64,000 nt of DNA from Eledone cirrhosa (lineage: Eukaryota): positions 207,018,001 through 207,082,000 of the forward strand of contig OZ024742.1 in the NCBI GenBank assembly GCA_964016885.1, in the 5' to 3' direction. Both the position numbers and the translations under genes were made by a program. The notes beneath the pieces are model-generated. The model searched no databases. It worked only from the letters and a program-made list of their open reading frames with translations, and was not told where the DNA came from. Positions 53,931-64,000 of the stretch are shown here, piece by piece (position 1 is the stretch's first letter; each line of letters begins with the position of its first letter).

Positions 53931-54437
53931 AGGAAGGGCACTCAGGTATAGAGATATTACCTCAATACATCTTAACTATCCCATGCCAGCATGGAAAAAC
54001 AGATGCAAAAATGACCATGATGATATCACCATCAGACACACCCTAATTTAAATATCTGCATTATCTTTTTTAAAAGAACATACCGAATAATGTGGTGTGA
54101 AATATATGTTATGTCTGAAAAGATTGGATGTTCATGGCTAGAAAACTTTTGATCATAGTCTATTCAAATATGACTGATCTGTGATTAAACAACAACTACA
54201 ACAATGGAGCTGTGCTATTCAACTTTTCTTAGAAGATTAGATAATCTTTTCAGACATAACATATATTTCACACCACATTATTTGGTATGTTCTTTTAAAA
54301 AAGATAATGCAGATATTTAAATTAGGGTGTGTCTGATGGTGATATCATCATGGTCATTTTTGCATCTGTTTTTCGATGCTGGCATGGGATAGTTGAGATT
54401 TATTGAGGTAATATCTCTATACCTGAGTGCCCTTTCT
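53931..54437. repeat. Long inverted repeat (~195-bp arms, ~117-bp spacer)
   Basis: 53931-54125 is the reverse complement of 54243-54437 with few mismatches. The arms include an RTE 3'-tail remnant. Confidence 0.92.
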
Positions 54438-55169
54438 GATACTACCCGTCACTTAATTATTAAAACTTGGGAACTTTCAGAAGTGTCCACTGTGTTGCAA
54501 ACATTCAAACTGGGTCTCCAGTTTGAGGACACCTTCTGCTGTCCCTCCCAACTGTTTTGGCGGTCCTGAAAAAGTTATAAGCATTGTTCTTCCTTTCCCT
54601 GGCCCTTTAACTAAATAGTGAAAAAAAAATCATTTTTTATTTGTCCTGCATAAAGGTAAAGTTTGACCTAAACATTGACTGGTATATAAATATAAGTTAT
54701 TATTGGTATATACACCAGCTTCTATATAGGTTAGAGTTACTGCATACACTAGCTTCTATATAATTTAGTGTTGGTCCATACACTAGTTTCTATATTACTT
54801 AGTCTTGGTGTATTCATGTAAGACTTAGTGTACACTCCAGTCCAGATGATCTGGCTTCTAGTCTCCATTGTGAACTGATACACACAAATCCTTCTAACTG
54901 TAGGCTAGCTTTTCGGTTATGATCATACGATCATATGCATGGAACAGAGTACTTAGAATACATAAAATAAAACACTGACAATATAAAAATGTCAGTTGAG
55001 TTACTTGCACTTGGAAAAAATGAACTTGTACCAATAAGGGAGCCTCTATGAAATTGCTGTGTATATTGTTATTGTTGTAGTTGTTAGGAAAACAAGATGA
55101 AGTAAACAAAATAAAACCTGAAAGAAGAGGAAGCACAGAGGAAAACAAATAGTCATTGATAATACCATA

Positions 55170-55710
55170 GAATGTGTATCAAAAGAACTTTGACAATTAC
55201 ATAATACGATGAGCTTAATAATAACACCGAAGTGAAAATTAATAAGTGCATGGGTTTTTATTGGCAACATGACCCTCCCCAAATATAACAATATTTGTTT
55301 CAGCACAGGATTTCACACCAAGAATCTTGCAAAACATATCAATATGAATGCTTTTTAACAAAAATACATTTATGGTATTTGTATCATCACAGATGCTTCC
55401 TTGCCACTCTTGCCATAGTAAATATACCCAACCATTGGAAACATGTGAGCAATTGTTCAAAAATAAAATATAAATAAAAACAAATAAATACTGTTGTTTT
55501 TATAGTTGTTGTAGGTGATTCTCTCATGGATATTGTTGGTGTCAATATAGTTATTGTTGATATAATGAATATTGTTGTTAGTGACAGTATAGTTATTATT
55601 GATAATATTACACTGAATATTGTTGTTGTTGTTATTGTTGTTTTTGTTGAGGGTGTTGTTATGGATATTGTTGTTGGTATTGATACTATTGTTGCTGATA
55701 TTCCTTTTGC
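55170..55710 (-). pseudogene. Candidate SRCR (scavenger receptor cysteine-rich)-like remnant preceded by a Thr-rich exon-like segment
   Basis: NGWVYLLWQEWQGSICDD...MFCKILG...FGEG matches the SRCR pattern G.V..W.G.(V/I)CDD..C..LG..FG.G. The frame breaks afterwards. Thr-rich segment ~55492-55710 is bounded by TTCCAG|...|GTATTT. Confidence 0.42.
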
Positions 55711-57117
55711 CTGGAAGAGCACAGCAGAAAAAGATCTGAAATCAAGACCATTCAATTGCTAAACCAATATGTTATCTATATATCTTCTGGGTTTACTTTC
55801 CAACTGAAATATATTGAAATAAGTAGTATTACTTTTGCTGTTGTTTAGTTGTAAGTCTTCTCTAATTAAGCAAACATATGTTCAAAACTGTACATCATTG
55901 ATCATCAATCTTTTCCCATAGATCCTTTTGTATATTAGGGTCTATGTACATAGTCCAATGGATTCTTCTTTATTTAAAATGACAGGGTGTAGTTTGAAAG
56001 AGATTTGGCTGCTATTTCTAGCAGATTGAACGACTATGTAAAAGTTCCCTTGTTGGCTTGAAATAAGTGATGAAGAATGAGCTATAATACAACTTGCATG
56101 TCTGTGTGTGTATGTATGAGAGAGAGAGGGAGAGAAAGACCACAGGTGGGAATTTGATTAGCTAAACCTTCATCATGAATTTAATTTCTCGGAGTTGGCA
56201 ACAACAATAACAATACAAAATAGTAATAATGATAACATTAGCATCCTCCTACTTTTCATTAAGTCAGCTGGATGATGGATGTCACAGTTTATGGAATTAT
56301 TATACCAACAAAACTTGGAAATATTTATTTTCTGATGGTATGTAACAAATTAAAGCAAAAATGATATATAACCCACCGATGTTGTTATCCCTATGAACAA
56401 TTTTTTTAATTTCCTACAATTCATGACCCCTCAATAGCCATGTTTTTGATATAACAGTTATGAATCACAGTTGGTGACCCCAGAGCTTTCAAATAAACAG
56501 GCAGAAGAATTGATTAACTTTTTCCAGCTTTTGCCAACATTTCAATTTTCATTTCCAGAGTTAATTTTGTTGTAGTTTTCGATATTGTATTTGTTATACT
56601 TATTGAAGATGTTCTTTTGTTGTTGTTATTGTTATTGGCATTGTTGTTATTTTTGTTGATACTGTTGCATTCTAGATATCATAAAAAACTGGATATTGTT
56701 ACTGTTACTTAATACCAGTTTGTGAAATAGATGTAAGCAAAAGGCCAGCCCCTGTCTGGCTCATTGGAGCAATCCATAGAGTATGGGAATCTATGTGAGA
56801 TACAGGTACCCAGCCCATCTGAGAGGTTGATATCTGCTTGCATACTGACTTGGTTTGTGATGACATGTCCAATGATGATGATGATGATGAGTTCAACCCT
56901 AACTGGGAAGCCTCTGATCAAAGATATTCCAGTTATGAGGAACCCATCTATCTAGGACTTTCTAAGACTATATTACCTACTGTATCCTTTTCATTATTAA
57001 GATGGGTGTGACTTAAGGGAGATTTTGTCGCTATTTCTGACAGGCTGAGCTACAACATAAACACAACTTTTTTTATTTATACTGTGGTCTTCATACTGTT
57101 ACTATTCTTAGTAGGTA

Positions 57118-57299
57118 TTGGCAGTATCGGTAGAGGGTCGGACGCCATGCTTTCCAGCATAGTTACGTCCCTTTACGATCTGAGTTCAAATCCCGCCGAG
57201 GTTGACTTTGCCTTTCATCCTTACGGGGTCGATGAAATAAAGTACCAGTAACGCACTGGGATAATTGCTGGCCTTGAGCCTAAAGTAGAAACAATTATT
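57118..57299 (+). mobile_element. tRNA-derived SINE (family 1)
   Basis: Close match to 42704-42896. Confidence 0.88.
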
Positions 57300-58089
57300 G
57301 TTATTGTTAATATTATTTTTATCATTGTTATCTCTCTAGACTTAAATAAGGTACACTGCAAATACTAAAATATAACTGAGCTATAATGTTTGTTATTTGA
57401 ATTAGTAGGTCAGCAATGGTCTGCATCTGCATGAATTAGAAATATATGATGATATGTTACAAGGAGGTGAATGACACACATTGTTTTCTACTATAGTTCT
57501 CTACTGAATTGAGAACTGAGGAAGATGGAGAAGGACATGGGAAGCAGTGGTGATACTGATCTCAAGAGGCTGAAGATCACAAATGAAGAATTACAGTAAA
57601 TGGTGAGACACTGTGTTGGAGAAGACTTATCTGACCTAAGTAGGAATGGAAACATAGAATTAAAAATGATGATGGCATTGATGTTGTACATGTATATAAT
57701 GATGGTGATGATGATGGATATGGATATAACTATGCATTGTCCTCTTTGTCATATTTACCATCATTGTCACCATTATCTGAGTCATCATCATCATCCGCAA
57801 CAACAGAAGCAGCAGCAGCATTAATTGCAAAGAAAGCAGTGAATAAAAAATAACTGAAGAAGGGAACTCCAGTCGAAGTGTTTATCAAATAAGTAATATG
57901 ACAATTTAGGGCTGAAACAATGTAAATTCCTGATTTGTATTAAAATATTATTTTATGATAACTAAGGTTTATGGAAACCAGTGATCATAAGTATTGCCAA
58001 GATGACTTTTATAAAATATCAAATATTTCTTCTTCCCAAGGTATAGCAATATATCTCAAAGTATATCAGTAGCAACTTTCGATATGTTT

Positions 58090-58780
58090 TGGTCGTCTTA
58101 GATTTCCTCAGAGAGGAACAAAAAACCTTTTTATTTCCAGCATAAGTACTAGTTCCTTGAATTTTCTCCAATCCCTTTCTCTAGTTACTATTCTTTCAGA
58201 ACAACCATCTTCACTGTTAGCTGGGTCACTTAGGTAACAACAGTTATCAAATACTGCCACAGTTTTTTGTCCAAGCATTTGAGAGAATCTATTTCTGATA
58301 TGCTCTTAGTGCTTAGTGTTCCTGTAAATCTGCTGCATACCAAGTGTACCTTCTATGAAAGTCTGTCTGGGATTCCACTACTTCTCTTGTGTACCTTTAG
58401 TTTACACTGAGTGCACCATGTAGATTTACTGTGTACTCTTTTTTATTGGGTGGGGTGGGGTGGGGGTTTCAGTACAGTCCTTTCCGTGATGGTAACAAGG
58501 TCAGATCTTCTTATCTACTTGCAAAAACTTTAGTCTTTGTTAAGTTTACTTTGAGCTTTTTTTAATTCCAGGCTTTGATTCTATATTTCTTTTCTAAATC
58601 TATTACAGATTCATTTAAAAGAAGTGGTTTACTGCATATAGGAGCTTCCATGGAGCTGGTCTTAAATGCTTGTATTATGGCCCAGAAGATTATGATAACT
58701 AGAAGGTTGACTGAAAACTGAGCTATGGTAGATCTACCTGCATGCTAAAATCATAACTGTTTTCATTACTTACTCTGATG
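58090..58780 (-). mobile_element. Decayed RTE-clade RT fragment
   Basis: CCYLSD....DGCSERIVTR...WRKFKEL matches the RTE pattern FCYLGD..GGC..R..W.KF.EL. Confidence 0.6.
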
Positions 58781-58906
58781 TTACTGATTGCACTTCTATA
58801 CATGGTTAGCATGGACCTAACAAGCTATTCATCTACCACTAATTTCCTGTGTAAGGCCTTCTCTAGGTTGATGAATGCTATAAGCAATTGTTGACCTATA
58901 TATAAT

Positions 58907-59121
58907 GTTTTCTAGTATAGGCACAAGGCCAGTAATTTTGGGGAGGGAAAAGTCGATTAAATCGAACCCAGTACGTGACTGGTACTTTATTTTATTGACC
59001 CCGTAAGGATGAAAGGCAAAGTTAACCTTGGTGGGATTTGAACTCAGATCATAAATGGCCATAACTCTATGCTGCAAAGCACGGCGTCTGACCCTCTACT
59101 GATACTGCCAATCCACGGCCC
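58907..59121 (-). mobile_element. tRNA-derived SINE (family 1) with 16-bp target-site duplication
   Basis: Full SINE flanked by TTGACCTATATATAAT at 58891-58906 and 59122-59137. Confidence 0.92.
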
Positions 59122-59690
59122 TTGACCTATATATAATAAAAAGTATTACTATTATTCACTCTACTGAATGAATGTGGTACATTTTCCTTGTTTTAAGTAT
59201 AAAGATACACACACATGCACCCGGGCTTGCAAGCACACACACACACGCACACACATATTTTCATAATTGTTTAACATCCATTTTCATTGCTAGCATGGGT
59301 TATAACAGAAACACAAACCCTCCAACTCAATTTTACTTTTGAAATGCATAAGAGGATGGGGCTGCGTGTGTAGGGTGGGGTGTATATTGGGTTAGGAGGT
59401 GCGTACTGGCTGTAGGTTTGTATGCAAGGGAAGGCGGGTCTTCTGTACAACTGCATAGCGCCAAAGATCTCAATCCAGTGACATTGTCTTAGAGAGGTGT
59501 AAGTGAACAAGGTCAGTTTTTATCCACTCGTCCCAGGTTTTTCTTGAACTACCCACTCTTTAGCTTCCATCAATTTTGATTGCTCTGCACTTTTTTTATA
59601 CAGCTGTCGTCCTTCATACGCATCACATGGCCAGAACACAACATTTGATACCTCTTATGCTTAGTCCCTCTTTCAATTCGTTTATTTATG

Positions 59691-59772
<82 letters not shown>

Positions 59773-59776
<4 letters not shown>

Positions 59777-60600
59777 AAAGGGACACAGAAACACCTGCAG
59801 GAGTCAATGGTACATAGTGTTATTAGCTTCACGCTTGGTGAGAGTGGGGGAGGTTATGATGTTTTGGACATAAGTCCTTCATCAGGAAAGTAGGGAGGAA
59901 CTCCGAGAGGGAGTGAGGAAGGGAGTAGGGTGGGCAGTTAACAGGAAGAACACGAAAGGACGAGAAAAATAGAAATAAAATTAAACATGAAAATTAAAAT
60001 AAATAAAAACAGAATTAAAAAAAATATATAAAAACAGAATTTTAAAAATGCGAAAATCAAGGTGGTGGGAGGGATGTACAGATCCGGAATGGCAAAGGTG
60101 TGGCAGTGTTTAAGAGGTAGGTGGAGGTGGAGAGAGAAGAGGGAAGGGGTGAGGGAAAGCAAGAAAATTAGAGTCTGAGTGGGGATGGTGGAAGGTAAGG
60201 TGTGTGTGTATGTGTGAATGTAAGTGTGAGAGTCTGGAAGCAAGTGTATGTGAATGTGGGTTTTGAAAAACTATTGTGTGTGTGTTGGGGTGGAGTGTAT
60301 GTCATGTCTGTGCGTGTATAGTCCCTGTATTGTTGTAGATGTGTGTCTGTGTGTGTGTTTGTGGATGGAGGAGGACAGATGGGATAAGATCAGATTGCGT
60401 TAAATCTGGAGTCAGTGTGCGGTGAAGTGTGGGCGCATGTGTAAATGTGCAAGTGTGTATGTGTGTTTGTGTGGTTAAAAGAAGGGGATGTGTGGTATGT
60501 CTGTAGGTGATGTGGGTTTGTGCAAGGTGTGTATTTGCATGTGTACGGAAATGGTGCAAGTGTCTGTGTGTGTGTGCACATTTATACATATATATATACA
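59773..60600 (-). mobile_element. PLE 3'UTR remnant
   Basis: Abuts (TA)n, CA-rich, decayed hammerhead CTGATGA A GGAC-TTAT-GTCC AAAAC ATC at 59858-59885. Confidence 0.5.
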
Positions 60601-61567
60601 CATGTACACTCATACACTTACAAACATGATGAAAAGAAAGATAAGAAGATACAAACCAATGGCAGATAGCAATAATGCGTGAGGTTAAACATTAGCAACA
60701 GATTTGATGATGCACTTCACATGCAACAATGATAGAGTAGGAGAAAAGGGTGGAGGAGAAGGAGGGAGTAAAAAAAGGGACAAGGAGGAAATTATTTTAA
60801 AAAAATAAATATATACGAATTCCTTTAGCATAAATGTCATCTGAATCTTCAGTGTAAAACAATAGCAGACCAGTAGTGACCTCTAACCTCCAGTACATAT
60901 TGCTATGTCATCTAGCTATTCACTCTCCTCTTCTCATTCTCCTTCTCACTTTCTATTCTTCCCTCTCTCTTTCTCTTTCCATAGCAACAGGGATGTAGAA
61001 GTTGGTATATATGTGGAACATATGTTGATGCACACAACAAGATGGTGAAAGTGGCATTGCTGCTACTGCTGAAATTGTTTCGAAACATACAACAGAATTC
61101 TTTCTCATGCTGTATCTTTTGCATGCATTCCTTTTGTCACTCCACCCACATCTGCCATGAACCAATGTTCCCTATTCTTCACTTAGACCTTCTTACCAAA
61201 CAAACACATACCATACACTGAATCTCTCTTACTCCTTTCCAATCCTTTTGTCTGTTTGTCTCTCTATATCACTCACCTATTTCTTCTCACGCTTTCATCA
61301 CATATCGTTATCAATCTGTAGTTATCTTTCCTTTCTATATATCAGTCTTTGATATGCAGCCTCTCACTATTACCCCAGAAAATATTTCTTTCTAGAAGCA
61401 TTTCATCCGAAAAAAAAAATGCATAAGCATGCATGAGCAAATAAATCTATTGTTATAAGTGTGCACATGAATGTGATGTATGTATGTTGTGAATATGTGT
61501 GGTTCGAGTGAGAATATCAGTTTTGTGATATTTATTTGTTTATGCATTCATAAATATATGTATGTAC

Positions 61568-61653
<86 letters not shown>

Positions 61654-61695
61654 TCATCTACGTTTAACGTCCATCTTCCATGCTAGCAGGGGTTA

Positions 61696-61740
<45 letters not shown>

Positions 61741-61743
<3 letters not shown>

Positions 61744-62155
61744 GTTTGAAGTTAGAAGGCCAGAACAATGCAGGTATGGATATAGAATATAAATACAAAT
61801 GCAAAAGCTATTGCTGACAATTAGTCTTTTACCTTAAATTTATTTGTATATCCTGATATTTCGAGATAATATCTCTTCTTCTGAGGAAAGTAAAGTGTTC
61901 AGTAAAGTAGTACAGTGTTCTAATTAGCTTGTCAAGTCATGCTGACAGGAAATATTTCCTGTCAGCATGACTTGACAAGCTAATTAGAACACTGTAGTAA
62001 CCCCTTTACTTTCCTCAGAAGAGATATTATCTCGAAATATCAGGATATACAAATAAATTTAAGGTAAAAGACTAATTGTCAGCAATAGCTTTTGCATTTG
62101 TATTTATATTCTATATCTATACCTGCATTGTTCTGGCCTTCTAACTCCAAACATT
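61741..62155. repeat. ~415-bp spacer-less palindrome, probable PLE inverted terminus
   Basis: Centre CAGGAAAT|ATTTCCTG at 61953/61954. Starts right after (TA)n. Arms carry TCCT CAGAAGA A GAGAT-ATT-ATCTC GAAA TATC AGGA. Confidence 0.92.
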
Positions 62156-62309
62156 TTTACGCAATGCTTCAAGTAAACTACAATTTCCCTCACATATATA
62201 GAGAGAGTTTGTCTTACTGGACTCAGGGGCCCTCTATACCCCTCCATTTTACAGCATGGACTAGGTGCTTTTATTCGTGCCACTAGCACTAGAGAGGTTG
62301 TCTATCCCA

Positions 62310-62495
62310 GTAGAACGAAGATGCAGTAGAAGAAGACCATGAAAAACATGGGCGGGGGTGGTGAGAGCAGACCTCAGATCCCTGAAGCACATGGAGGAGA
62401 TGGCGAAAGACCATGACAAGTGGAGAGATGCTGTGCTTAATAGGACTCATCCCACCCTTGCAAGCAGGGAAAAGCGGACGTAAAATTATGATGAT
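62310..62495 (+). mobile_element. RTE 3' end remnant
   Basis: RRRP.KTW..VVRADL...DHDKWR followed by a CCTTGCAAGCAGGG hairpin and a GAT tail. Confidence 0.7.
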
Positions 62496-62630
62496 ATATA
62501 TATATACACATATATACATATTTATATATGTGTGTGTGTGTATAAAATAAAGGATGGTTTTCTGAAGATCAGTAAGAAAAGGTACTCAGTTAAATAAGGT
62601 ACTCAATACAGTAGTAAGGAAGAAGTATAT

Positions 62631-62668
<38 letters not shown>

Positions 62669-63239
62669 TATTCATGAGTGAACAATTATAATATTATAAT
62701 ATTAGTAATATTTGGTTCCTTTGCAAGCAAACAACCTCATAGCCCCATATGTGTTTCTATATGACTGACGTCAGTAGCAGAGAGAAAATAGTTGACAATT
62801 GTTTCACAATTATTGCCCCTTCTCTCGTCACTGCTACTCACTGGAGCTGTTAAGAATATATAGTATTCTCAAAGGTATACATTGGCACATTAGCCTAATT
62901 TGCATACCAAGTGATGTTACGGCTGGCTTTGCAGAAAATTGAAAACAAAATTTGTTTTTGCTCTAACATGTGGATATAAAATGCATTTGTTAGAGTCAAA
63001 ACAAATTTTGTTTATATATAAATATATACTAAAGCCTTCCCTGGGAAAGAATGGACTGCCCAGAACAAGTTAGTTATTAGTGACATCACAATATAAACAA
63101 AAGACAGAATAAGACATGCAGGGAAATATGGAGACGGAATGTGTGGAAGCTAAAGAACCTGTCGGTTAAATATACGTTTCAAAAGGCCCTACATGATGCA
63201 CTTGATGATAGGGGATGACACGTTAGATACATATAATGT

Positions 63240-64000
63240 AGAGGACAACCGAACATTCTTACGTGACGAACTATTGTGAACTACTAGCAAGACATGTGGA
63301 TGGAGCTTTACTTTAGACAGACAGATCTAATGGTGGAACAGCATAATAGATACAGCCATTAAACTCAAGAGACAAGCATGACAAGACTGGAAAAATGGGG
63401 GTAGCAGAGACCAGTACCAAGTTGCTAAGAAAGAAGCTAGGCAACAGGTATACTCAGCTCAAAGAGCGGTTGAAAAAAGTAAATTTGCTAATGTCTTGAG
63501 ACATGGGGATCAGAGATGTGAAGTGTTCTGTATTGCAAGGCAGTGTGTTAGAGGGAATTGAGATGTTGTTGGGGGAACATGTGTTAGAAATGATGCTGGT
63601 GCACTTAGCACCACAGATGCCCAAAAGAAAGAGGCCTGTAAATGTTATTATGAGAGATTGATGAATGTAGAGAATGAATGGGAGGAAAGAAAACTACACC
63701 CAACTTACCCAACAGAAGGAACAGCTACTGAAATTGATAGTTTTGGGGTCAAAGACATAATCAAAGAGATGAAGAATGGTAAAGCTGCAAGACCATCAGA
63801 AATATTTGCTAAGATGCTAACAGCATCAGGAGAGGTAGGAGTCAAACTAGTAACCCACATAGTAAATCAAGTAATACAGGACGGAGTCATACCCAATGAT
63901 TGGCGCAGCAGTACAATCATAAATTGCTACAAGGGCAAATGTTGTGCCCTAGAAAGCAGCAACTATAGAGGAATAAAACTAATGGACCAATTATGAAAGT
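63240..64000 (+). mobile_element. RTE-clade LINE ORF fragment, runs off the window
   Basis: YYERLMNVENEW, MKNGKAARPSEI, IPNDWRSSTIINCYKGK, NYRGIKLMDQ; upstream stops. Confidence 0.85.

Noticed and set aside
57490-57600. Possible plus-strand exon bounded by AG/GT
   Set aside because: The frames I checked contain stops and I recognised no homology.

Overview
AT-rich, microsatellite-dense eukaryotic DNA made up almost entirely of transposable elements. The SINE, RTE and Penelope content resembles an octopus/cephalopod genome, but that is inference. The centrepiece is a ~23-kb block (10.5-33.4 kb) of nine non-LTR retrotransposon insertions joined only by (AAT)n spacers. Five are Tx1-clade elements, all on the minus strand, head-to-tail, and all keeping both termini. 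One of them is near-intact, with an open 698-aa ORF1 and an APE-RT-CCHC ORF2 carrying a single stop. Another is ORF1-only. Four are R4/Dong-type RT-REL pieces, all on the plus strand. The Tx1 copies share a 5'UTR hairpin, and two have an intron-like ORF1-ORF2 spacer whose removal would fuse the ORFs in frame. Outside the block are Penelope-like elements and remnants next to (TA)n tracts with hammerhead-ribozyme motifs (one canonical, 933-999), RTE fragments (one apparently 5'-inverted) and tRNA-derived SINEs. There are also three large inverted repeats, a near-perfect 616-bp x ~4.8 tandem array, and weak candidate host exons including an SRCR-like remnant. No intact host gene, rRNA, tRNA or CRISPR array is supported. 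Element boundaries were read by eye and are approximate.
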